A stretch of DNA of 62,318 nt, the filler included, from an uncultured bacterium (lineage in GTDB: Bacteria > CAYJOG01): the NCBI GenBank assembly GCA_964371695.1. It is 17 parts of 17 records of this genome, joined end to end, with 100 filler letters (N's around TTAATTAATTAA, not from the genome) between each part and the next. Parts side by side here need not be neighbours in the genome. Positions count along the whole stretch, not along the records: positions 26,326 to 29,936 come from CAYJOG010000372.1; positions 30,037 to 33,618 come from CAYJOG010000373.1; positions 33,719 to 37,288 come from CAYJOG010000374.1; positions 37,389 to 40,954 come from CAYJOG010000375.1; 13 more parts are not named here. One strand, written 5' to 3'. The position numbers were made by a program, and so were the translations under genes. Under the pieces are notes generated by a model that saw only the letters and a list, made by a program, of their open reading frames with translations, ran no database searches and had not been told where the DNA came from. Below are positions 29,004 through 39,049 of the stretch, piece after piece (within the stretch, counting starts at the first letter, position 1; each line of letters opens with the position of its first letter).

Positions 29004-29181
29004 CACCGACCTGTTGAGGGCAGCGATGGTTTTTGGGGAAGTGGATTTTTCCTCACGACTTGCCGGATGATGGTTGCCGGGTTGTTTGCTGTCAGGGCAT
29101 CAAGGTTTCCCCTTGTGGTGTCCACGCCGCCGCCAGGGTTTTGCACAAACTTTGAGAAAATACTGTTTGGCCATTCGGGAA

Positions 29182-29808
29182 TCAGCAGTCGGAGTCCACT
29201 TTTTTGCCCGGCTCGGCCCAGATGCGGCAGACAGGGGTTTGATCCTTGAACACCGCCTCGATCAATACGCCTTCTTTCACATCTTTCACTTTCAGTTGGG
29301 GGCAGTCGCGGCTGGCCATTTCAAAGGCCCGGTCTTTTTTCAGTTCGCTGGCCGTGGCCATTTTGTGGGTGAGGCGGAACTGAAAATCCACGGCGCTGTC
29401 CAGGCTGATGACTGATTTCAGGCAGGGCAGTTTGGACCGGGGAAGTTTCAGCACATCGGGCTCCACCCGTTTTTTGACCAGCAGGTTGCTGACAAACATC
29501 AGCCCCCACATCAGCCCCAGGCCCCCCAGCAATATCCAGGGCAGCAGGTTTTTTTCTTTTTTGCCCTGGGGGGTTTGTGCCAGAGGTGGCAGCTTTGCCG
29601 GGCCGGATGAGGCGTGTGGGGCCGTCGGTGTGGGGGAGGCCGTGTCTTGTGAAAGGGCGGTGGCGGAGGCCGGGCGCTGCAGCCAGGGTTTGGGCACCGG
29701 CGAAACCGGTAACAACGAGGGCAGGGGGGCTGCCCCCTGCCCTGCACCACAATGGGGGCAGAAGCGCCCTCCGGTTTCAACCGGTTTTCCGCAGGCATGG
29801 CAAGTCAT
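29182..29808 (-). CDS. Zinc-ribbon membrane protein
   Basis: MTCHACG...RFCPHCGA, Pro-rich linker, one TM helix (LPWILLGGLGLMWGLMFV), and a C-terminal domain with paired Cys. Confidence 0.8.
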   Translation of the reverse strand: MTCHACGKPVETGGRFCPHCGAGQGAAPLPSLLPVSPVPKPWLQRPASATALSQDTASPTPTAPHASSGPAKLPPLAQTPQGKKEKNLLPWILLGGLGLMWGLMFVSNLLVKKRVEPDVLKLPRSKLPCLKSVISLDSAVDFQFRLTHKMATASELKKDRAFEMASRDCPQLKVKDVKEGVLIEAVFKDQTPVCRIWAEPGKKVDSDC

Positions 29809-29913
29809 CGTGCAAAGGATACCCTTCCCCGGCCATGGCATGAAACTTCAACTTCGGGGCAGGGTCTAGCGCAAATTCATGTTTGACGTAGACAAAGGGC
29901 GGGGCCAATCCTT

Positions 29914-29936
29914 GCCCTCTCCCTGAGGGAGAGGGC
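29914..29936. repeat. CCCTCTCCC/GGGAGAGGG palindromic repeat
   Basis: Relatives at 33729-33751, 43232-43278, 48057-48106 and 48161-48173. Confidence 0.75.
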
Positions 29937-30093
29937 NNNNNNNNNNNNNNNNNNNNNNNNNNNNNNNNNNNNNNNNNNNNTTAATTAATTAANNNNNNNN
30001 NNNNNNNNNNNNNNNNNNNNNNNNNNNNNNNNNNNNGTATACAGGGGCTTCAAGGGGCTTGAAGAACCTGTTCTTTGGCCAGAGCGGGTTGGG

Positions 30094-30933
30094 TCAGGCG
30101 GTTGGTTTTCTGACGGCCACGTTGATTTCGTTGGGCCAGAAAAACTGGTGAAACAAAAACTGGTAGGCGGGGGACTTCTTGTTTTTCAGGCGCGACAAAA
30201 TCATCCAGAGCACCTGATAGATTCGGGGATATCTGGCCAGACGGGCGTTGATGAAGCGGGCGGTGGTGGGCACCATGCCGGTATAGGTGAGGCCCAGCAG
30301 TTCGCAGCCAAAAATGCGCGTGAACAGCAGCGTGAGGGTGGACTCGTCAAAATTGCGCAGGTGGACAAACTCATAGGGAAAGTCCGGCGCGAGATAAGAG
30401 GCCAGGTCTTCGCGGTAGGGCACCCGCACCACCAGTGTGCCGCCGGGTTTGAGCACGGCGAGAATGCGCCGGATGGCGGCGCTCAGGTCCAGCACGTGTT
30501 CCAGCACGTCGGTGCTGACGATGAGATCAAAAAAACCGTCTTGATAGGGCAGGTCTTCCACCATGCAGCGGCACACCTCGATGCCCTTTTTTTGAGACTC
30601 CGCGAGATAGGCCAAGCTGATATCCACACCGTAGCGGTCCCAGCCTTCAAAGCGGTCCAGGAGTCGCCCCAGACCCACACCCACGTCCAGAACTTTATCG
30701 CTGGGATTGCTGTATTTTTTGGCGAGGGTTTCGGTGGAAAGCTCCATCTCCTGCCAGAAATCTTCATCAATCCACGGGTTCACGCCGTGAATGCGCAGGT
30801 TTTCCAGATGATCGGCAGAAATTTTGGCGTAGTTGTCCAGATAGGCGGTGGTGCCGGAGATGTAATCGGGAATACCCTTTGGCGTTGAAAGAGGGGGGCG
30901 TGCGTAAACCGGGTTTTGAGTGCTGGGTTCCAT
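30094..30933 (-). CDS. Class I SAM-dependent methyltransferase (polysaccharide-associated)
   Basis: GGAG RBS before MEPSTQ; VLDVGVGLG, YGVDIS, FDLIVSTDVLEH, LKPGG. Confidence 0.88.
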   Translation of the reverse strand: MEPSTQNPVYARPPLSTPKGIPDYISGTTAYLDNYAKISADHLENLRIHGVNPWIDEDFWQEMELSTETLAKKYSNPSDKVLDVGVGLGRLLDRFEGWDRYGVDISLAYLAESQKKGIEVCRCMVEDLPYQDGFFDLIVSTDVLEHVLDLSAAIRRILAVLKPGGTLVVRVPYREDLASYLAPDFPYEFVHLRNFDESTLTLLFTRIFGCELLGLTYTGMVPTTARFINARLARYPRIYQVLWMILSRLKNKKSPAYQFLFHQFFWPNEINVAVRKPTA

Positions 30934-30998
30934 AAGGGGTTCTCCGAACTGAAAACTGCCCATTGTTTTAACTGGGTTCTGGGGACAATTAAATATGT

Positions 30999-32510
30999 TC
31001 AAGACTCTTTTGATGTAGAGGTGAAGATTTTTAAAACATCTTTTGGCTTGAGACGGAGGATTTGTTTTCCGGAGTTAAGCAGAGAGGCCTTCTCTTCGTG
31101 GTGCAGCAAGAGAAACAGGAGTGTTGTCAACAGCGCCGAGGCTGTCAAGCTGATGAGGATTTCAACCGGCAGGCTCAGGCGGCGCGGCGCTGAAAAGGCA
31201 GCGGCATAGCCTGCAAAAATGAGCGAAAAAAGCACCAGTCGCCGCCGTTCATAGGGAATGGCCAGATAATCCTTGCGCCGCAGCCTGTTCCACAGGGCTT
31301 GCAGCAATGGCAGCGAAAACATGCCCGCCGCCAGGGCCACCGCTGCCCCCAGGATGTGGCCCGAAGGAATCAGCAGCCACCCGGCGGCGATGGAAACCAG
31401 AAAAGCCACCCCCTGCGAGACCGCCACCAGACGGACCTCTTTGGCGAAATAAACAGGCGGCGTGAGGGCGATGAAAACACCCCGGAAATAAACGGCGGCG
31501 GCGGTCCAGCCGATCACCTGATAGGCCATGTGAAAAGCGGGTTGCGTCATGATCATCACCAGCGGGCGGCTGGCGGTGAAAAACAGCAGCACCAGCGCCC
31601 CCACCCCCAGACAGTAATAAGAAATCACCCGGGCGAAAATGGGGGCGGCTTTTTGCTGGTCGTTGATGAAGGACATGAAAAACGGATACCACGCCGAGCA
31701 GAAACCGCTGACCACGATGTCGGGCACCATGCCCAGATTGAAGCCGATGGAATAGATACCCACGTCGGCCAGGCCGTGAAAATGCTGGAGCAGATAGCGG
31801 CTGCTCTGCATGAGGGCGTACATGAAAACCGAACTGGGAATCATGGGCAGCCCCAGGCGCAGCAGTTCGCTGGCCACGGGGCGTTGCAGCCCAAGGGGCA
31901 GGCGGCGCAACTGCCAGGCATAAAGCGGCATCATCACCAGCGGCGCCAGCACGTTGCTTTCCAGCAGTCCCAGTACGCCTCTTCTGAGAAAAACAATCAG
32001 CACCACGCTAAGCGCAATGCCAGTCAGGCTCGACGCCAGATTCAGCAAAACAAAGGTCTTGGCTCTTTGCTCAAATTGCAGGTGCATCTGCGCCACCGTG
32101 GCGAAGGTGTTGAACAGGCAGGTGGAAAGCGCGCTGAGCAGCACGTAATGCCCATATTTCGGGGTCTGAAAAAACAACTGGCTCAGGGGCCGGGCCAACA
32201 GAGCCGTCATGGAAAAAAGCACCACCGAGGCCAGGCTCAGCAGCGCCAGGGCGGTCCAGAGGGTGGCGGCCTTTTTGGCGGGGCTTGTTTTTTCAAAATA
32301 GACCAGACCGGCGGACACCCCCAGACCCAGGCCAGCCAGTGGGGTGATCACCAGATTGAAGGTGGCCATCATGCCCGCGACGCCATAGTCGCTGGGGGTG
32401 AGATAGGCCGTGAACAGCGGCAGCAGCAAAAAACTGATGAACCGCGACAGCAGGCCCCCCACGCCATAAACCACAGCGTTGCCGCCCAGTTTCAGGATGT
32501 GTTCTTTCAA
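30999..32510 (-). CDS. Wzx-like polysaccharide flippase (MOP superfamily)
   Basis: LLLPLFTAYLTPSDYG, LLRLGLPMIP, ADVGIYSIG; roughly 12-14 TM segments. Confidence 0.9.
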   Translation of the reverse strand: MKEHILKLGGNAVVYGVGGLLSRFISFLLLPLFTAYLTPSDYGVAGMMATFNLVITPLAGLGLGVSAGLVYFEKTSPAKKAATLWTALALLSLASVVLFSMTALLARPLSQLFFQTPKYGHYVLLSALSTCLFNTFATVAQMHLQFEQRAKTFVLLNLASSLTGIALSVVLIVFLRRGVLGLLESNVLAPLVMMPLYAWQLRRLPLGLQRPVASELLRLGLPMIPSSVFMYALMQSSRYLLQHFHGLADVGIYSIGFNLGMVPDIVVSGFCSAWYPFFMSFINDQQKAAPIFARVISYYCLGVGALVLLFFTASRPLVMIMTQPAFHMAYQVIGWTAAAVYFRGVFIALTPPVYFAKEVRLVAVSQGVAFLVSIAAGWLLIPSGHILGAAVALAAGMFSLPLLQALWNRLRRKDYLAIPYERRRLVLFSLIFAGYAAAFSAPRRLSLPVEILISLTASALLTTLLFLLLHHEEKASLLNSGKQILRLKPKDVLKIFTSTSKES

Positions 32511-32549
32511 GTCATGTTATTCCTGGCCCAAGCCACTGGCGGCATTGTG

Positions 32550-33437
32550 TCACTTCACCCGCCAACTGTCGCGGGCCTTTTCCAGCCAGGCCAGCACTTC
32601 GCCCGCCACGTTTTTGCCCGTGGCAGCTTCGATGCCCTCCAGCCCCGGCGAGGAGTTTACTTCCAGCACCAGCGGTCCACGGTGCGAGCGCAGCAGGTCC
32701 ACCCCCGCAACGTGCAGCCCCATCACCTTTGTCGCCCGCACCGCCAGGGCGCGCTCCTGGGCAGAAAGTTTCACCGCCTGGGCCGTGCCGCCCAGGTGCA
32801 GGTTGCTGCGAAAGTCCCCCTCCGGCCCCTGGCGCTCCATGGCGGCCACGGCCCGGCCCCCCACCACAAACACCCTCAGGTCGCGCCCGCCCGCTTCTTT
32901 GATGAGCTCCTGCACCAGCACCTTGCCCTTGAGGGTGGCAAAGGCGGCGATCACCGCCTCGGCGGCCTTGGCGGTGGGGGCCATCACCACGCCCTTGCCC
33001 TGCGTGCCCCGCACCAGCTTCACCACCACCGGCGCGCCGCCCACGGCGTCGAGCAACTGGGGCGTGGCCTCGGCACTGGCGGTGAAGGCGCTTTTGGGAA
33101 TGGGCAGACCCAGGTGGGCCAGCGCCTGCAGGGTGCGCAGTTTGTCGCGGCTCAGGCGAATGGCCTGGGCGGTGTTCAGGCAAAAAACCCCGGCCCGTTC
33201 AAAGTGTTCCACCACAGCCGCGCCTTCAAAGGTTTTGGAGGGGCCGATGCGGGGGATCACGGCGTCAAATTGCAGGGCCTGGCCCTGAAAACTCACCACC
33301 GGGGGCGGCCCGGCCAGGTGCAGCACACAGTCCAGATAGGGGGCCACGGTGACATCATGGCCGCGCTTGCGGGCTTCTTCGGCCAGCCGGGTGCTGCTGT
33401 AATTTTCGGGTTCGGAGGTGAGCAGGCCGATGTGCAT
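32550..33437 (-). CDS. rimK: RimK-family alpha-L-glutamate ligase
   Basis: YSSTRL, DAVIPRIG, SRDKLRTLQ, GTQGKGV, DFRSNLHLGG, LEVNSSPGLEGIE. Confidence 0.93.
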   Translation of the reverse strand: MHIGLLTSEPENYSSTRLAEEARKRGHDVTVAPYLDCVLHLAGPPPVVSFQGQALQFDAVIPRIGPSKTFEGAAVVEHFERAGVFCLNTAQAIRLSRDKLRTLQALAHLGLPIPKSAFTASAEATPQLLDAVGGAPVVVKLVRGTQGKGVVMAPTAKAAEAVIAAFATLKGKVLVQELIKEAGGRDLRVFVVGGRAVAAMERQGPEGDFRSNLHLGGTAQAVKLSAQERALAVRATKVMGLHVAGVDLLRSHRGPLVLEVNSSPGLEGIEAATGKNVAGEVLAWLEKARDSWRVK

Positions 33438-33492
33438 GGTGTGTCCTTGATGGGGTGTGCTGGCGGTGTTTTAGGCTGTTTGTTTATTTTGA

Positions 33493-33618
33493 GTAGCGGC
33501 GACGCCCTCGTCGCCGTGCTGGTGTTTCTTGTTGTTTGCACGACGGGGGCGTCCGTCCCATTGCTGTTAGGTTTCCTGTAGCCCCGGCGTCTCGCCGGGA
33601 GAATAAAAACCGCCGCGG
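33493..33618 (+). repeat. Two GTAG REPs (33493-33516; 33578 to contig end)
   Basis: GTAGCGGCGACGCCCTCGTCGCCG and GTAGCCCCGGCGTCTCGCCGGGAG. Confidence 0.8.
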
Positions 33619-33795
33619 NNNNNNNNNNNNNNNNNNNNNNNNNNNNNNNNNNNNNNNNNNNNTTAATTAATTAANNNNNNNNNNNNNNNNNNNNNNNNNN
33701 NNNNNNNNNNNNNNNNNNACCTTCGGCTGCCCTCTCCCTCAGGGAGGGGGCAAGAAAAAAGCCCTTATGTTGCCTACATCTACCCTGAAAATGCT

Positions 33796-34800
33796 CTATT
33801 TTCTCTTTCGCCGGTCAAAGGGCGGCTCGCCGGGCTGCTGAATCACCAGACAACTGCCGGAGATCGCCTTGCCTTTGGCTTTGGCCTGGGCCACGGTAAC
33901 GGAAAGTTCCGCCGGGTTCGCAAACTGGCCGGGCGACACCGGCACCGCCCCCAGCGTGAGGGCCAGCCGCCCGTATCGCGCCGGGTTGCCTTGGCGGTCG
34001 TGGGCGATGAATCCATCCTCCGACAGGTCCTGCTGGTCATAAAAATGCAAAATGCCCTCATCAAACCGTTTGAGAATGGCATCGGTGACGGCGCTGAGCT
34101 GTGCTGAGGGCACGATGAACAGAAAGTCGTCTCCTCCCACATGGCCCAGAAACCAGTCCTCCTTGAGCTGCCCCAGTTGTTCCCACAAAAGCTGTGCGGT
34201 AAAAGCCAGCACGTTGTCGCCCCGCTCATAACCATAGTGGTCGTTGAAGGGTTTGAAGTGGTCCAGGTCGGCCATCACCACCGTGGCGCTTTCGCCTTCG
34301 TGCAGCATCTGGGCCAGGGTTTCTTCTATGGCCAGATTGCCGGGCAGGCCGGTGAGGGGGTTGCAGCCCAGGGCGCGGGCCGAGCGACGCCGCACGGCGC
34401 GGGCGCGGGCCAGCAGTTCGTGGGTTTCAAAAGGCTTGCAGATGAAATCGTCGGCAAACTCCAGGCCGCTGAGGCGGTCGTCCAGGCTGGTGCGGGCCGT
34501 GACCAGAATGATGGCGGTGTGATAGGTGAGGGGGTGTTCCTTGATGCAGCGGGCCACCTCCAGGCCGCTCAGGTCGGGTAGGTTCCAGTCCAGCACCGCC
34601 AGATTGGGGCGAATCTGTGCGGCCATCTGCACCGCCGCATGGCCCGTGGCGCTGGTGTGGGCGGTGTATCCCGCTTCTTCAAACAGCAGCTCCAGGGTGC
34701 TGCGCACGCCAGTTTCGTCTTCCACAATCAACACGGTGGGGGCGCGAGAGGTGCGGCGGCTCCAGGTTTCTGGCAATGATTGAGACTGTTCATCAGCCAA
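33796..34800 (-). CDS. Response regulator with GGDEF-like (GGDDF) output domain
   Basis: REC domain: LIVEDE, LDWNLP, KPF. Output domain: NPLTGLPGN, DLDHFKPFNDHYGYERGD, GHVGGDDF. Confidence 0.92.
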   Translation of the reverse strand: MADEQSQSLPETWSRRTSRAPTVLIVEDETGVRSTLELLFEEAGYTAHTSATGHAAVQMAAQIRPNLAVLDWNLPDLSGLEVARCIKEHPLTYHTAIILVTARTSLDDRLSGLEFADDFICKPFETHELLARARAVRRRSARALGCNPLTGLPGNLAIEETLAQMLHEGESATVVMADLDHFKPFNDHYGYERGDNVLAFTAQLLWEQLGQLKEDWFLGHVGGDDFLFIVPSAQLSAVTDAILKRFDEGILHFYDQQDLSEDGFIAHDRQGNPARYGRLALTLGAVPVSPGQFANPAELSVTVAQAKAKGKAISGSCLVIQQPGEPPFDRRKRK

Positions 34801-36013
34801 TGGCGGGAATCCTCAACTCGGCCATCAGGCCGCCGCCTTCGCGGTTTTTGAGCGACAGGTCGCCGCCGTGTTCGCGGGCCACCAGCCGGGCGATGAAAAG
34901 GCCCAGACCGGCGTTCCCTGGTTTATGGCTCACAAAGGGCTGCATCACTTCTTCCAGGGTGTTTTCGTCCAGGCCGGGGCCGTTGTCCATCACCCGAAAA
35001 ACCACGCCGTCTTCCTGTGTGTTGACGGTGAGGGTCACTTCGCCCCCCGGCGCGGCCTCGGCGGCGTTTTTCACCAGATTGACCAGGGCACGCAGCAGTT
35101 TTTCCGGGTCTGCCGTCAGTGGCGCATCAGGCGGCGGCGGGGTTTGCAGTGTTGCGTTCAGGCCCGACAGCACCGGAAGGGTCTGCTGGCGCACGTTTTG
35201 CAGCAGTGTTTGCAGGTTGATGGGGGCGGGGGCCAGCGTGACCCTGCCCCGCATGTATTGCAGCAGTTCATCGGCCAGATGATTCATGCGGTTTGCGTTT
35301 TCAAGGCAGGCGGTGAGATATTCCACCTGCTGCTCGCGGGGCCATTCTTTTTTGAGCAGCAGATTCACAAAGCCGGCGATGACGGTGAGGGGGTTGCGCA
35401 GGTCGTGCAGCACCACACCGGCCATGCGGCCCACCAGGGCCAGGCGGTCGCGCTGGGCGGTCTGGTCGCGCTCCTGCTGCCACGCCAGCGCGCCTGCCGC
35501 CTGGGCCGCCAGGGCCTGCAACACCAGCAGGTCGTGGGGCTGGAACCCCTGGGGGTTTGTGGTGTTCAGCACCTCCAGCGCGCCCAGCGTTTCGCCCTGC
35601 CACACCATGGGCACACACACCAGATTTTTCACCGGCACGCCCACCTTTTTGCTGAAGGCCTGGGCAAAACGCGGATCGCTGGCCGGGTCGTTGCACAGCA
35701 CCTCTGTGCCGTGGGTCACCACCCAGCCTGCAATGCCCTGGTTTTCATCCAGAAAAAGGGATTTAAGTTTTTCTCCGGCTTGGCCGGTGGCTTCATAAAA
35801 CACCAGCCGGTGGCGGGGGGCGTCGCGCAGGATCACGCTGCTGGCGCTGGCGGACATCACCGCCTTGGCCGAGACCACGATGGCGCGAATGATGGCGGGG
35901 GTGTCGTGGGCCTGGCTGGCAAGTTGCAACAGGTTCCGCACGGCTTCCAGCTCGCGCACACGGCGCAAAAGGTGTTCGGTTTCGGCGGGGGCTGGCTGGG
36001 TGGAGGCGTTCAT
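34793..36013 (-). CDS. Cytoplasmic GAF-domain sensor histidine kinase
   Basis: GAF domain (QGIAGWV, DPRF, GALEVLN), H-box HDLRNPL, NLVKNAAEA, DNGPG, GLGL. Confidence 0.92.
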   Translation of the reverse strand: MNASTQPAPAETEHLLRRVRELEAVRNLLQLASQAHDTPAIIRAIVVSAKAVMSASASSVILRDAPRHRLVFYEATGQAGEKLKSLFLDENQGIAGWVVTHGTEVLCNDPASDPRFAQAFSKKVGVPVKNLVCVPMVWQGETLGALEVLNTTNPQGFQPHDLLVLQALAAQAAGALAWQQERDQTAQRDRLALVGRMAGVVLHDLRNPLTVIAGFVNLLLKKEWPREQQVEYLTACLENANRMNHLADELLQYMRGRVTLAPAPINLQTLLQNVRQQTLPVLSGLNATLQTPPPPDAPLTADPEKLLRALVNLVKNAAEAAPGGEVTLTVNTQEDGVVFRVMDNGPGLDENTLEEVMQPFVSHKPGNAGLGLFIARLVAREHGGDLSLKNREGGGLMAELRIPAIG

Positions 36014-36028
36014 GAAGACAAACCATTG

Positions 36029-37171
36029 TCATCCCAGAGGGTGAGAAGAACAAATCACCTGTGCCTGTGTCATTTTGCGCTCAGTCGTTTGGCNNNNNNN
36101 NNNTTTTTTCTGAACAAAACCCCGGTAACTGCCGTCGGTCACCGCCTTCACCCAGGTCCTGTTTTTTTTGTACCAGTCCACTGTGGCCGCCAGGCCCGTT
36201 TCAAAATCATGGCGGGGCCGGTAACCCAACTCGGTCATCAGGCGGGTGGCGTCCAGCGCATATCGGCGGTCGTGGCCGGGGCGGTCTTTCACAAACTGAA
36301 TCATGTCCTCGCCCTTGCCCAGTAGCGAGAGAATCTGCCGCACCACCTGCAGGTTGTTGCGCTCCTGGTGGGCGCTCACGTTATACACACGCCCGGCGCG
36401 GCCTTTTTGCAGAATCAGCCACAGGCCCTCGGCGTGGTCACTCACCTCAATCCAGTCGCGCACGTTCAGGCCGTCGCCATAAACCGGCAGGGGCTGATTC
36501 GCCATGGCCCGGCTGATCATGAGGGGGATGAGTTTTTCGGGGAACTGATAGGGGCCGTAGTTGTTGCAGCAGCGGCTGGTGAGGGTGAACAGGCCGTGAG
36601 TTTCGTGGGCGGCCCGCACCAGAAAATCGGCCCCCGCCTTGCTGGCGCTGTAGGGGCTGTTGGGTTTCAGTGGCGTGGTTTCGTGAAACTTGCCGGACTT
36701 GCCCAGGGTGCCATAAACCTCGTCGGTGCCCACGTGCAAAAAACGGAAAAAGGAATGGTCTGGGTCGTGATTTTTCCAGGCGTTGTGGGCCTCCCACAAC
36801 AGGGCCTGTGTGCCCTCTACGTTGGTTTTCACAAAGGGCATGGGGCCCAGAATGGAACGGTCCACGTGGCTTTCTGCGGCGAAGTTCACCACCGCCTGGG
36901 GAACAAGTCCGGCCACCTCGCCGGTGAGCAGTTTGCGAATCGTTCCCCGGTTGCGGATGTCGCCCTTGACGAAATGATGCCGCCGCGCCTGCTGGGCGCT
37001 GAGTTTGTTCAGGTTGGCGGGGTTGCCCGCATAGGTGAGGGCGTCGAGGTTGAGGACGTGCAGCTTGGGGTCGCGGGCCAGGGCCAGTCGGATGAAGGCG
37101 CTGCCGATGAAACCATACCCCCCCGTCACCAGCAGGGTGGGGGATTTTTCGGCCTGTGACAAAAGAGACAT
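36029..37171 (-). CDS. rfbB: dTDP-glucose 4,6-dehydratase (C-terminus uncertain across a 10-N gap)
   Basis: GGYGFIGS, DALTYAGN, FAAESHVDRSI, TDEVYG, PYSASKA, FPEKLIP, DRPGHDRRYA. Confidence 0.95.
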   Translation of the reverse strand: MSLLSQAEKSPTLLVTGGYGFIGSAFIRLALARDPKLHVLNLDALTYAGNPANLNKLSAQQARRHHFVKGDIRNRGTIRKLLTGEVAGLVPQAVVNFAAESHVDRSILGPMPFVKTNVEGTQALLWEAHNAWKNHDPDHSFFRFLHVGTDEVYGTLGKSGKFHETTPLKPNSPYSASKAGADFLVRAAHETHGLFTLTSRCCNNYGPYQFPEKLIPLMISRAMANQPLPVYGDGLNVRDWIEVSDHAEGLWLILQKGRAGRVYNVSAHQERNNLQVVRQILSLLGKGEDMIQFVKDRPGHDRRYALDATRLMTELGYRPRHDFETGLAATVDWYKKNRTWVKAVTDGSYRGFVQKKXXXXQTTERKMTQAQVICSSHPLG

Positions 37172-37204
37172 GGGGCCAGTTTAGCCGCCTGGCCCCACAG
37201 AATT

Positions 37205-37235
37205 GTTTCAAAAGTTCCTCGTGAACTTTTGAAAC
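37205..37235. repeat. Hairpin related to the MITE terminal hairpin
   Basis: GTTTCAAAAGTTC-CTCGT-GAACTTTTGAAAC, a perfect 13-bp stem. Confidence 0.65.
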
Positions 37236-37388
37236 CACCGCCTGCTGGGGCAAGGCCCCAGCGGCGGGCTTCACGCGACATCCTGTCGNNNNNNNNNNNN
37301 NNNNNNNNNNNNNNNNNNNNNNNNNNNNNNNNTTAATTAATTAANNNNNNNNNNNNNNNNNNNNNNNNNNNNNNNNNNNNNNNNNNNN

Positions 37389-38574
37389 GGGCAGGGGGTG
37401 CGCCGGGGGGCCGGGGGGCCATGCCGGGGGCCGGTGCGGCGGGGCGCGGAGGGGGACCGCCGCCGGCGACCTGCCCGCCGCCTTCGCGCTGGTGCATGGG
37501 CACCACGCCTTCGGGCGGAATGATGGACTCCGGCTTGTTGGCCTTCATCACGGCGTCTTCATAACTGGCCTTGCCTTCGGCCACCAACTGGTTCAGGTGT
37601 TTGTCCAGACTGATCATGCCGAACTTCTGTCCCAGTTCCAGGGCGGAATAAATCTGGTGGGTTTTGCCTTCGCGGATGAGGTTCTGCACGGCGGGGGTGC
37701 AAATGAGCACCTCGCGGGCGGCGATGCGTCCGGGTTTGTCCAGGCGGGGCAAGAGCTGCTGGCACACGATGCCCTGCAGGGCCACGGAAAGCTGCATGCG
37801 CACCTGCTGCTGCTGAAAGGGCGGGAACACGTCAATGATGCGGTCAATGGATTGAGGCGCGTCGGTGGTGTGCAGGGTGCCAAACACCAGGTGGCCTGTC
37901 TCGGCCATGGTGAGCGCGGCGTGGATGGTTTCCAGGTCGCGCATTTCGCCGACCAGCACCACGTCGGGGTCTTGCCGCAGGCTGGACTTGAGGGCGGCGT
38001 GAAACGAATTGGTATGCACCCCCACCTCGCGCTGGGTGATGATGCTTTTTTTGCCTTCATACACAAACTCGATGGGGTCTTCCACCGTCAGGATGTGTTC
38101 CTCGCGCTCCTGGTTGATCATTTCCACCAGACACGCCAGCGTGGTGGATTTGCCGCTGCCCGTGGGGCCGGTGACCAGCACCATGCCCTTGGAAAGATGG
38201 GCGAAACCCCGGATGGCCTCGGTGATGCCCACCTGCTCTGGCGTGGGGATTTCGCTGCTGATGATGCGCAGCACCGCCCCCATGCCGTTTTTGTGTTGCA
38301 GGGCGTTTACGCGGAACCGCCCCAACCCCGGCAGGCCATAACTGCAATCCAGTTCCTTGGTTTCTTCAAACAGCAGCTTTTGGTCGTCGTAGAGCAGGGA
38401 GTAGACGAGCATCTGGGCGTCGTCGTTGTTGATGGGGCTGTAGCCCGCCATGGGCTGCACCTTGCCCCGCTTGCGAATCATGGGCGGGCGGCCCACCACA
38501 ATATGAATATCACTCGCGCCCGCCTCTACGGCGGCCTTGAGGATTTCGATCATGTCCGGGGCGTTTTCACTCAT
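37389..38574 (-). CDS. pilT: Type IV pilus retraction ATPase with Pro/Gly-rich tail (3'-truncated)
   Basis: ASDIH, GPTGSGKSTT, EDPIE, LRQDPDVVLVGEMRD, AETGHLVFGTLHT, NLIREGK. Confidence 0.93.
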
Positions 38575-38771
38575 GGGTGGGAGGCGGGGGTTACCTTGCA
38601 GTCGTCGAGTTCTTCAAAATAAAGCGTGAGCAGTTTGCCTTCATCGTTTTTGAGAATCATGCCGGGGCGGTTGCCCTGACGAAAAATGGTTTCCACCTGG
38701 CCACGCAACGAGATGCCACAATCGCCGCCCATGTGAACGGTCACCTGGTCTCCGACAGAAATGTGCTCCAC
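38571..38771 (-). CDS. Small hypothetical protein translationally coupled to pilT
   Basis: 66 aa; stop overlaps the pilT ATG; TAAAAT lies 7 nt upstream of the GTG. Confidence 0.6.
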   Translation of the reverse strand: MEHISVGDQVTVHMGGDCGISLRGQVETIFRQGNRPGMILKNDEGKLLTLYFEELDDCKVTPASHP

Positions 38772-38932
38772 GAAAGATATTTTACTTTATCAGGCATCTG
38801 TCTGGGGGGCAGAAAATGGTTCCGAAGATTTTTGTGAACGTCACTGTCCAATGGGGTGACATGAGGGGCGAATGAGTTAAAACCCCTTNNNNNNNNNNGC
38901 AAGAGGCTTTTGACCTTCTTTTTTAAGAACAT

Positions 38933-38960
38933 CTGGATTCCCGCTTTCGCGGGAATGACG
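38933..38960 (-). repeat. CGTC-type REP
   Basis: Reverse complement reads CGTCATTCCCGCGAAAGCGGGAATCCAG; relatives at 21458 and 51890. Confidence 0.8.
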
Positions 38961-39049
38961 CCAGAGAAGCATGGCAGCGGGTTGAGTCGTTACTGTGCGC
39001 CCTGTCTCAAAAGACTCTAGGAATGGGGTTCTCGTTTATTCTTTGCCCC

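Noticed and set aside
31299..33581. Long antisense ORFs (760 aa here; also 46481-48151, 56861-58477, 19719-21257, 34868-36325 and 3-1975)
   Set aside because: They are shadows of well-supported genes on the opposite strand, expected in GC-rich DNA, and carry no motifs of their own.
36029..36103. Unusual C-terminal extension of RfbB
   Set aside because: It lies beyond a 10-N gap of uncertain true size, so the frame and stop are unreliable.
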